From an uncultured Bacteroidota bacterium (GTDB lineage Bacteria > Bacteroidota > Bacteroidia > AKYH767-A > 2013-40CM-41-45), in assembly GCA_937871435.1 (NCBI GenBank), contig CALMQM010000073.1, positions 3,282-67,281 of the forward strand: a stretch of DNA of 64,000 nt. Reading direction: 5' to 3'. Both the position numbers and the translations under genes were made by a program. Positions 12,535-20,181 of the stretch are shown here, one piece after another (the stretch's first letter is position 1; every line of letters starts with the position of its first letter). The notes under the pieces were generated by a model. It was given only the letters and a program-made list of their open reading frames with translations. It had not been told where the DNA came from and did no database searches.

Positions 12535-13382
12535 AAACAATAAAACTGGTAGAATGCCCGAGGGATGCCATGCAGGGATGGAACGCATTTATTCCAACAC
12601 AGCAAAAGATAAAATACCTGAACAGCTTATTGAAAGTAGGATTTGATACGCTCGATTTTGGCAGTTTTGTTTCTCCGAAAGCTATTCCGCAGTTGAAGGA
12701 TACCACAGAAGTCCTGTCAGGATTAACTCTTAGCAATACATCAACCAAACTGCTTTCTATAGTTGCTAATTTGCGGGGTGCAGAGCAGGCAGCAAGCTTC
12801 GAGGAAATTACTTATCTGGGCTTTCCATTTTCTGTATCAGAAGAATTTCAAAAGAGAAATACAAATTCAACTATTGAAGAATCCTTAGAACGCGTTGAAG
12901 AAATTCAACGATTGTGTTTGCAAAAGAAGAAAGTTCTTGTCATCTACATTTCCATGGGATTTGGAAATCCTTATGGTGAAGAATGGAATGCAGAAATTGT
13001 CATCAAATGGGTGAAACGGCTGGCAGAAATGGGAACACAAATAATAGCTTTGTCGGATACTGTAGGGGTGAGCAACCCTCAGAACATTAAAACCTTGTTT
13101 CAGGCATTGATTCCCGAAATTCCACAAGTAGAATTCGGAGCTCATCTTCATTCTCATCCGTTGACATGGATGGAAAAAGTCGAAGCTGCTTTCATGAGCG
13201 GATGCAGAAGATTTGATTCGGCATTGAAAGGTATCGGAGGATGTCCGATGGCCAATGATGCATTGGTTGGCAACCTGGCAACAGAAAATGTGGTCGCTTA
13301 TTTTAAAGGCCAGGAGGACCTTGGTCTGGATGATTCAGCCTTCAGAGAGTCCATGATCCTGGCTTCTGAGATTTTTCATTGA
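12531..13382 (+). CDS. HMG-CoA lyase-like (HMGL-like TIM-barrel) protein
   Basis: 283 aa. N-terminal VECPRDAMQG resembles the HMGL VExGPRDGLQ motif. The C-terminal His-containing metal-site region (GAHLHSHPLT) is present. Confidence 0.65.
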   Translation: MKTIKLVECPRDAMQGWNAFIPTQQKIKYLNSLLKVGFDTLDFGSFVSPKAIPQLKDTTEVLSGLTLSNTSTKLLSIVANLRGAEQAASFEEITYLGFPFSVSEEFQKRNTNSTIEESLERVEEIQRLCLQKKKVLVIYISMGFGNPYGEEWNAEIVIKWVKRLAEMGTQIIALSDTVGVSNPQNIKTLFQALIPEIPQVEFGAHLHSHPLTWMEKVEAAFMSGCRRFDSALKGIGGCPMANDALVGNLATENVVAYFKGQEDLGLDDSAFRESMILASEIFH

Positions 13383-13534
13383 TTTTTTCTGCAACTTTTT
13401 CCCCTAAATACGTTTCGGACAAGATGATGAATTGTTGAAAAAAGATTGTTGATTCTCTTCAGATTCATTCTGTTACTCAGGGTTTCGATTAAATTTGCAC
13501 CAGAATAAAAAAAGCGGTTTTCCGTTAAGTATCC

Positions 13535-15550
13535 ATGAACAAACACATCAAAAGCAGCGTTTTTTTAGTACTGAACCTGGTTTTATTTCTGAGCTTTTTG
13601 CCTCAATTGTCCGTCGCACAGCGAACTGGATATGTTCAGGTGAATGGCAAAGTCAGACAAAATAACCGTCCCATCGGGGGTGTTATTGTCAAAATTACAT
13701 GTCCCGGTACGATTGAACAAACAGTAACGTCTAAGGATAATGGAACTTATGTTTTCAATCTGGACTTACAAAAAAATTACACTATCACTTTTGAAAAACC
13801 CGGCTTGGTATCGAAGAAAGTCGAATTCAACACTGTTGTACCTCCGGATCAAAGCGACATTATCTATCAAAATGAATTTGCCATGGATTTGTTTGAAGAT
13901 GTTGCCGGAGTCAGCCAAAATGCATCCATGGGTAAAGCCGTAGCCAAAATATCATACAATCCAACCTATGAGGATTTTGTTCACGACCCTGCTTACACAA
14001 AACAAATTCAAAACGAACAAGACCAGGCGAGAAAAGCGGCTGAAGAATTAAATCGAATGCAGGAAAGAGCAAGACTTGATTCTCTGAATAAACTGTGGAA
14101 TGATTCTCTTGCTAAAGTAAAGGCAAGGGAAGCACAAATGCTGGCAGCCAAAGCCGAACAGGATCGATTGAAAGCTGAACAGGAAAAAGCCAGACAGGAT
14201 TCTATCGCAAGAGCAACAGCAGATGCAGCAGCAAAAGCGTTGGCACTTTCAAAAGAACAGGCAAGATTGGATAGTATCTCAAAAGCAGAAGCCAAAGCAA
14301 AAGCATTGGCAGATGCAAGAGATAAAGCCCGACAGGATTCTATAGCTAAAGCTGAGGCGGATCAGGCAAAGCTTGCTGCCTTGGCACAAGCCCGGGAGAA
14401 AGCCCGACAGGATTCTATCAGCAGAGCACAGGCAGAACAAAGTCGTAAGGATTCACTTGCACGCGTAAAAGCTGATGCTGATGCTAAGGCTTTGGCAGAG
14501 GCTAAATTGAAAGCCGATGAAAAAGCCAGAAAAGATTCTATTCAGAAAGCGGAAGCCGATGCTATAGCCAGAAAAAAAGCAGAGCAGGACAGTATCAGTC
14601 AGGCCCAGATGCTTGCTGAGAAAGCCAGACTTAAAGCAGAAGCCGATTTGAAAGCCAGAGAAAAAGCCAGCAAAGATTCTACGGCAAGAGCAGAGGCACT
14701 CGCTGAAGCTCGAAAGCGTGCTTTGGCGGATTCTTTAGCTTCTGCTGAGGCAGCTACTAAAGCAAGGGAGAAGCAAAGAGAGGATTCAATTTCCAGAGCA
14801 CAGACTGCTTTAAAAGATCGCCAGAAATTTGTGGCTGATTCAACTGCGAAAGCGGAAGCAGATGCAAAAGCACGGTTGATTCAGGAGACTGCGGCAAGAG
14901 AAAAAGCTAAGCAAGATTCTATATCAAGAGCTCAGCTTGCGGAAGCTCAGGCAAAGGCTGATGCGGATCGTAAACAAAAGGAAGCTGAAGAAAATAAACG
15001 ATTACTTGCCGCTCAGGAAAAAGCAAAACAAGATTCCACTGCTAAAGCGGAAGCAGATCGTTTGAAAAATGAAGCGCTTGCTAAGTCACAAGCAGAGAAC
15101 GAAGCGAAAGCGAAAGCCGAAGAGGAAAGAATTCGCAAACAAAACGAAGAAAAAAACAGACAGGATTCCATTGCCACAGCACAGCGACTCAAAGCTGAAA
15201 AAGACGAGCAGGATAGAAGAGCAAAAGCTTTGGCAGAAATAGAAGCGAAGAAACAATTGTTGTCTAAAACCAACGCTGCAAATGACGATAAATCAAAAGC
15301 TCCGCCAAAACCTGCAGCGGTACCAAAGATCAAAGATTCCGATTACCATGAAGGAATTACAGAAGAAACAGTCAATGAAAGCAGTCGAACAATTTACCGT
15401 ACTGTTGTGAAAATTGATGGTACCGCGATTAATTACCAGAAGATCGTTTATAACTGGGGTGGAGTCTTTTATTTCAAAAATGAAAGTAACCTCACTCAAT
15501 CTTTGTTCGATCAGGAAATCAAAAACGCGAAGACTGTTTTGAACAAATAA
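13535..15550 (+). CDS. Exported protein with carboxypeptidase-regulatory-like N-domain and long Ala/Lys/Glu-rich repeat rod
   Basis: 671 aa. Signal peptide and a CarboxypepD_reg-like beta-sandwich (GYVQVNGKVRQNNRPIGGVIVKI...). Then ~400 aa of low-complexity helical sequence with many K[AE][RK]QDSI[AS][RK]A[EQ]A units, and a C-terminal ~100-aa globular tail. Confidence 0.75.
   Translation: MNKHIKSSVFLVLNLVLFLSFLPQLSVAQRTGYVQVNGKVRQNNRPIGGVIVKITCPGTIEQTVTSKDNGTYVFNLDLQKNYTITFEKPGLVSKKVEFNTVVPPDQSDIIYQNEFAMDLFEDVAGVSQNASMGKAVAKISYNPTYEDFVHDPAYTKQIQNEQDQARKAAEELNRMQERARLDSLNKLWNDSLAKVKAREAQMLAAKAEQDRLKAEQEKARQDSIARATADAAAKALALSKEQARLDSISKAEAKAKALADARDKARQDSIAKAEADQAKLAALAQAREKARQDSISRAQAEQSRKDSLARVKADADAKALAEAKLKADEKARKDSIQKAEADAIARKKAEQDSISQAQMLAEKARLKAEADLKAREKASKDSTARAEALAEARKRALADSLASAEAATKAREKQREDSISRAQTALKDRQKFVADSTAKAEADAKARLIQETAAREKAKQDSISRAQLAEAQAKADADRKQKEAEENKRLLAAQEKAKQDSTAKAEADRLKNEALAKSQAENEAKAKAEEERIRKQNEEKNRQDSIATAQRLKAEKDEQDRRAKALAEIEAKKQLLSKTNAANDDKSKAPPKPAAVPKIKDSDYHEGITEETVNESSRTIYRTVVKIDGTAINYQKIVYNWGGVFYFKNESNLTQSLFDQEIKNAKTVLNK
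14027..15260 (+). repeat. Intragenic degenerate tandem repeats encoding an A/K/E/Q/D-rich coiled-coil region
   Basis: Reiterated GATTCTAT/GATTCCAT (DSI) cores at 14197, 14333, 14411, 14535, 14680, 14918, 15040 and 15168, with irregular 50-130 nt spacing. The antisense frame gives Ala/Ser/Phe-rich spurious ORFs. Confidence 0.6.
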
Positions 15551-15573
15551 CAGAACATCTTTTTTTAGAATGA

Positions 15574-15607
15574 AAAACTCCTGCATTAAAAGCCGGAGTT
15601 TTTTTTT
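15574..15607 (+). terminator. Rho-independent terminator after the repeat-protein gene
   Basis: The AAAACTCC stem pairs with GGAGTTTT across a 13-nt loop, followed by a T-tract. Confidence 0.6.
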
Positions 15608-15730
15608 GGATGGAAATAAATTCAGGTGCTGCTAATCAATATCACTTGATACAGAACAAATAGATTTCTGAAATTTTGTCTGATTGAAATCATGACATGC
15701 GCCGATTTGGCAAATAGGATTTTAAAATAT

Positions 15731-15792
15731 TGTCAATTTGTCTCGTAAAAATAATTTTTTGGTCAATTTTTCCGGATGGTATGTGAATTGAC
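15731..15792 (+). promoter_or_regulatory. Candidate operator: three copies of GTCAATT(T) upstream of hsp20
   Basis: GTCAATTT at 15732-15739 and again at 15762-15769 (30 bp apart). An inverted copy AATTGAC sits at 15786-15792, 60-120 bp upstream of the hsp20 ATG. Confidence 0.3.
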
Positions 15793-15855
15793 GAAAGCAG
15801 GTCATTCAAATAAAATTTAATCATCCAAACAAAAATTAAATAGGAGGACAAAAAA

Positions 15856-16308
15856 ATGACACTTGTAAAATTCAGAAATGCTAAACCTGTTGATCGTTAC
15901 ACAGGCATCCCATCCATCTTTTCAGATTTCTTCGGAGATTTTATTCAGGACGAAATTTTCCCGCGCAATGTTTTCAAATCTGTACCGGCTGTAAATATCA
16001 GTGAACAGGCAGATTTGTACCGCGTAGAACTTGCAGTACCCGGAATGAATAAAACCGATTTCAAAATCTCAGCGGAGAATGGTGTGTTGACAATTGTTGG
16101 TGAAAAGCAGGAAGAAAAAACTGATGATCAGAAGAAGTTTACCCGGAAAGAATTTTCTTATTCTTCCTTCAGCCGGACTTTCACCATGCCGGATCATGTG
16201 AATGCAGACGGAATCTCTGCTGAATATGTGAATGGCGTTTTGACACTGGTTCTTCCAAAAAAGGACGAAGCAAAGAAGAAAGAGGCGAAAGAAATTTCGA
16301 TCCAATAA
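15856..16308 (+). CDS. Small heat-shock protein, Hsp20/alpha-crystallin family
   Basis: 150 aa. Alpha-crystallin-domain pattern (YRVELAVPGMNKTDFKISAENGVLTIVGEK ... GVLTLVLPKK). Preceded by TAGGAGGA. Confidence 0.9.
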   Translation: MTLVKFRNAKPVDRYTGIPSIFSDFFGDFIQDEIFPRNVFKSVPAVNISEQADLYRVELAVPGMNKTDFKISAENGVLTIVGEKQEEKTDDQKKFTRKEFSYSSFSRTFTMPDHVNADGISAEYVNGVLTLVLPKKDEAKKKEAKEISIQ

Positions 16309-16325
16309 TTTCCATGTTGATGATG

Positions 16326-16364
16326 AAAGCTGCCGCGGTGAAAACCGGGCAGCTTTCTTGTTTT
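16326..16364 (+). terminator. Rho-independent terminator after hsp20
   Basis: AAAGCTGCC pairs with GGCAGCTTT in a 9-bp stem, followed by CTTGTTTT. Confidence 0.55.
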
Positions 16365-16455
16365 CCGGATTCGTGTTCCTACGACTACAACGACTGCATT
16401 TTTACTACCTTCGCCGGAGAAACAACCTGATGGTTTCAGGTGTAAAAAAAAACTT

Positions 16456-17238
16456 GTGAAAAGTGACAAACCGGTCATTCTTGTGACCAACGACGATGGG
16501 ATTACAGCTCCGGGATTGCACAATTTAGTGCAGGCAATGGAAGGTCTTGGTGAAATTACTGTGGTGGCTCCGGATAGTCCGCAATCCGGAATGGGACATG
16601 CTATTACAATCAATCAGCCGCTTCGTCTCGACAAAGTGGATGTTTATGCGAATCATAGCTGGTATCAATGTAGCGGAACTCCTGTTGATTGCGTAAAGAT
16701 TGCCATCGATAAAATCCTGCATCGAAAACCGGATTTATGTGTCTCGGGAGTAAACCATGGAAGCAATTCTTCCATCAATGTGATCTATTCCGGAACGATG
16801 TCTGCCGCGATGGAAGGAGCCATTGAAGGAATTCCTTCTGTTGGATTTTCGCTTCTTAACTATGCATTGGATGCTGATTTTTCAGCAGCCAGAGCATTTG
16901 CAAGGGTAGTAGCACGGAACGTTTTGGAAAACGGACTGCCATCGGGTACACTGCTGAATGTAAATATTCCGAATCTCAGTTTGGACGAAATTAAAGGCGT
17001 GAAAATTTGTCGTCAGGCGATGGCAAAATGGATCGAGGAATTTGATGAACGTTTGGATCCAAACAGGAGGAAATATTATTGGCTTACCGGAAAATTCATC
17101 AACAACGACAAAGGTGAGGATACCGATGAATGGGCATTAAACAATGGATATGTATCAGTTGTTCCTGTTCAGTTCGATTTTACGGCGCACCATGCAATCT
17201 CTTTCTTAAACGGTCTGAATTATGATCTTGAAAAATAA
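16456..17238 (+). CDS. surE: 5'/3'-nucleotidase SurE
   Basis: 260 aa. ILVTNDDGITAPGL N-terminal motif and the SurE fold. Non-ATG start (GTG). Confidence 0.9.
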   Translation: MKSDKPVILVTNDDGITAPGLHNLVQAMEGLGEITVVAPDSPQSGMGHAITINQPLRLDKVDVYANHSWYQCSGTPVDCVKIAIDKILHRKPDLCVSGVNHGSNSSINVIYSGTMSAAMEGAIEGIPSVGFSLLNYALDADFSAARAFARVVARNVLENGLPSGTLLNVNIPNLSLDEIKGVKICRQAMAKWIEEFDERLDPNRRKYYWLTGKFINNDKGEDTDEWALNNGYVSVVPVQFDFTAHHAISFLNGLNYDLEK

Positions 17239-17527
17239 GATCAGAGATAATTTTTGGACAGGTTTAGTAGTTGGGGTAGTCCTGCTGTGCATCAACTATT
17301 TCTTCTTTGAATACTTGCGTTCCATTCTTGCTGATCATTACGGCAATCCATACCTATTTCCTGCTCCACGTATTCAGCTCTTTGCGATTTTGGTTAACAT
17401 TCTGCTTTTCCGTTTATGTTTGATCAATTTCGACAAGGAAAAAACAGCAAAAGGAATTCTGTTCATCACTGTTCTCTCCGCACTCGGCTACTTATTTTAT
17501 TTTTATAAATTTCAACATCATTCCTGA
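17222..17527 (+). CDS. Small hydrophobic membrane protein (paralog 1)
   Basis: 101 aa with 2-3 predicted TM segments. The ATG overlaps the surE 3' end. Shares the ...KEKTAKGIL... architecture with the next ORF. Confidence 0.55.
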   Translation: MILKNKIRDNFWTGLVVGVVLLCINYFFFEYLRSILADHYGNPYLFPAPRIQLFAILVNILLFRLCLINFDKEKTAKGILFITVLSALGYLFYFYKFQHHS

Positions 17528-17528
17528 T

Positions 17529-17819
17529 ATGCAGAAATGGCTGGATCATGAAATTACGGGTTTGTTGCTTGGACTTCTTGCTCCGGTGATTGCATTTTGG
17601 CTCTATGTATTCCTGCAATATCCGGATTTGTCGATGATGGATGTATTTTCGTCTTTTATGAGAAGAAAAGTGCACACACATGTAATTAGTCTTGCAGTGA
17701 TCGCGAACCTGCTGATCTTTTTTTGTTCCCTTTGGTTGCACAAAGAGAAAACAGCCCGGGGAATTCTCGGTACGACAATCGGATATGCCGTGCTTGTATT
17801 TATTCTTAAATTATTCTGA
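17529..17819 (+). CDS. Small hydrophobic membrane protein (paralog 2)
   Basis: 96 aa and hydrophobic. The motif HKEKTARGIL matches DKEKTAKGIL of the preceding ORF. Its stop overlaps the lpxB ATG. Confidence 0.55.
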   Translation: MQKWLDHEITGLLLGLLAPVIAFWLYVFLQYPDLSMMDVFSSFMRRKVHTHVISLAVIANLLIFFCSLWLHKEKTARGILGTTIGYAVLVFILKLF

Positions 17820-18937
17820 TGAAATATTACATCATAGCCGGTGAGGCCTCAGGCGATCTGCATGCATCAAATCTGATGAGAGAGTTGTCAAAGCTCGATA
17901 CTTCAGCAGAATTCAGAGCATGGGGCGGCGATTTGATGGAAGCGCAGGGAGCAATACTTGTAAAGCATTACCGCAACTTAGCCTTCATGGGTTTCACGGA
18001 AGTGGTGATGAATCTCAGAACTATTCTGAAAAATATTGAAACGTGTAAAAAAGATCTCCTCGCACACAAACCGGATGTCTTAATCCTTGTAGACTACCCG
18101 GGTTTTAATTTGCGCATTGCAGAATACGCGAAGGCTCAGGGTATCCGGGTATTTTACTATATCTCACCACAGGTTTGGGCATGGAAACAATCTCGTGTAC
18201 ACAAGATCAAACGTACTGTCGATAGAATGTTCGTCATTCTTCCTTTTGAAAAAGAATTTTATCAGAAGTTTGATTACCCTGTAGATTTTGTCGGGCATCC
18301 TTTGCTTGATGCAATCACTCAAAAGAAAAATTTATTTCCTTCAAAAACGGAGTTCATTCGAAGAAATTCTTTGGAAGACAAACCGATTATAGCTTTGCTG
18401 CCTGGGAGCAGAAAGCAGGAAATTGAAACGATGCTTCCGCTTATGTTATCGGTTCAAAAGGATTTTCCTTCTTACCGCTTTGTGATTGCCGGGGCACCTT
18501 CACAACCGGATTCATTTTACCAAAAAGTTTTGGGCAAAAACGGAAATCCTGTTATTCATGGACAAACTTATGAATTGCTAACTCATGCTGATGCAGCTTT
18601 AGTAACTTCAGGAACTGCAACTCTGGAGACAGCTTTGTTAAAAGTACCTGAAGTTGTCTGTTACAAAGGCGGTACCATTTCCTATTACATTGCCAGAAGT
18701 CTCGTCAAAATAAATTACATCTCCCTGGTAAATCTGATCATGGATCAGGAAGTGGTGAAGGAATTGATTCAACACGATTTGAATACTCCACAGATCACCC
18801 GGGAATTGAGGAAAATACTTGACCCGGATTACCGTAGCAGCTTGTTGAAGAAATATGATCAATTGGCAAACATATTAGGCGGATCCGGAGCTTCAGCGCA
18901 TACTGCCAGGTTGATGTTTCAATACCTTCAAGAATAA
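17819..18937 (+). CDS. lpxB: Lipid-A-disaccharide synthase
   Basis: 372 aa. N-terminal YYIIAGEASGDLHASNLMREL is typical of LpxB (GT19). Confidence 0.9.
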   Translation: MKYYIIAGEASGDLHASNLMRELSKLDTSAEFRAWGGDLMEAQGAILVKHYRNLAFMGFTEVVMNLRTILKNIETCKKDLLAHKPDVLILVDYPGFNLRIAEYAKAQGIRVFYYISPQVWAWKQSRVHKIKRTVDRMFVILPFEKEFYQKFDYPVDFVGHPLLDAITQKKNLFPSKTEFIRRNSLEDKPIIALLPGSRKQEIETMLPLMLSVQKDFPSYRFVIAGAPSQPDSFYQKVLGKNGNPVIHGQTYELLTHADAALVTSGTATLETALLKVPEVVCYKGGTISYYIARSLVKINYISLVNLIMDQEVVKELIQHDLNTPQITRELRKILDPDYRSSLLKKYDQLANILGGSGASAHTARLMFQYLQE

Positions 18938-18944
18938 GGATGTA

Positions 18945-20096
18945 ATGAATCGAATTCTATTGCTATTATTTTTTTTATTCTTTTTCTTCAATTCATTTTC
19001 TGTAGATGTAAGGGTGGGACTAAAATCGATTTCGAATTCAAGTTCCATAACTTTTATTGCTTCCGGTGCTCCATATGATATTTTATCAGGAAAAAGAAAA
19101 GTAATCACACTAAAGAAAGATGAATCTGTACGCATCGAAATCAGAGGTGCATTGATGAACCTGAAGAAGTATGGAAAATCAAAAGGAACTTTTCGAAAGT
19201 TGAAGTTCATTACACAAGCCGATTCCGCTTTTTTCAGAATTCGATCCAATCATCCGGAAACAGTTACCATTCCTTATGATGGAAATGTTTTACTTACTAT
19301 CCGGGACAATTACATTCAGGTGGTGAATGAGGTTCCTTTAGAACGGTATGTTGCAGCTGTGGTGGAGTCGGAAATAGGAGATAGGAAAGAAGCAGAATTT
19401 TTAAAAGCCTGCTCTATACTTGCAAGAACATTTGTGATGAGTCATTGGGATCGTCATTCCGTAGATGGCTTTTCTGTTTGCGACGAAACACATTGTCAGG
19501 CTTATAACTCAAGAAGTCGCTTTAATACAGCCATCCGGCCGGCAGTGATGGAAACCGGGAACAAAGTTCTCACAGATTCACTTTGTCATCTTATTGCCGC
19601 GCCATATCACAGTAATTGCGGCGGTCAGACTATGGCTGCTCAGGATGTTTGGTCAAAACCTCTTCACAATACCAGAAGCGTAAAAGATTCATTTTGTCTG
19701 GCAGGAGAACATGCATTATGGGAATATTCTTTACCCAAAAATGAATGGATACATTACTTGAAAAGCAATGGGATTTTATTGACCGACACAAGTCTGGTTG
19801 ATTCCTTGCTTTGCTTTAATCAGGACGAAAGATCAACTTATTTTAATAGTAGCGGTGCATCTATTCCGCTAAGAAAGATTCGCGACGATTTTCATTTAAA
19901 GTCTACCTTTTTTAGTATTTGTATTCAAAATGATTTGGTCATTTTTAGTGGGAGGGGATTTGGGCACGGAGTAGGATTGTGTCAGGAAGGAGCACTCGAG
20001 ATGGCATTAGTAGGATACACAACAAAAGAAATATTAGATTTTTATTTTGATGATGTTCGGGTCACTGACTTATCAGAATTGGAATATGAAAAGTGA
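18945..20096 (+). CDS. SpoIID/LytB domain protein (amidase enhancer-like)
   Basis: 383 aa. Signal peptide. SpoIID-type core (VPLERYVAAVVESEIG ... CDETHCQAY ... GHGVGLCQEGA). Confidence 0.8.
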   Translation: MNRILLLLFFLFFFFNSFSVDVRVGLKSISNSSSITFIASGAPYDILSGKRKVITLKKDESVRIEIRGALMNLKKYGKSKGTFRKLKFITQADSAFFRIRSNHPETVTIPYDGNVLLTIRDNYIQVVNEVPLERYVAAVVESEIGDRKEAEFLKACSILARTFVMSHWDRHSVDGFSVCDETHCQAYNSRSRFNTAIRPAVMETGNKVLTDSLCHLIAAPYHSNCGGQTMAAQDVWSKPLHNTRSVKDSFCLAGEHALWEYSLPKNEWIHYLKSNGILLTDTSLVDSLLCFNQDERSTYFNSSGASIPLRKIRDDFHLKSTFFSICIQNDLVIFSGRGFGHGVGLCQEGALEMALVGYTTKEILDFYFDDVRVTDLSELEYEK

Positions 20097-20181
20097 TTTT
20101 GTTTTCAGAAAAGTTGTCGAATATAAGCAGGTGATTAAGTAATCATACATCAGGACGGGTCGCGTAAAGTACCTTGCGCGA

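Noticed and set aside
14008-15333. Antisense ORFs of 95-106 aa (14008-14295, 15013-15333) rich in Ala, Ser, Phe and Cys inside the repeat-protein gene
   Set aside because: They are the reverse complement of GCN/AAR-rich repeat codons. The low-complexity composition is typical of spurious antisense frames, and the sense frame has a signal peptide and folded terminal domains.
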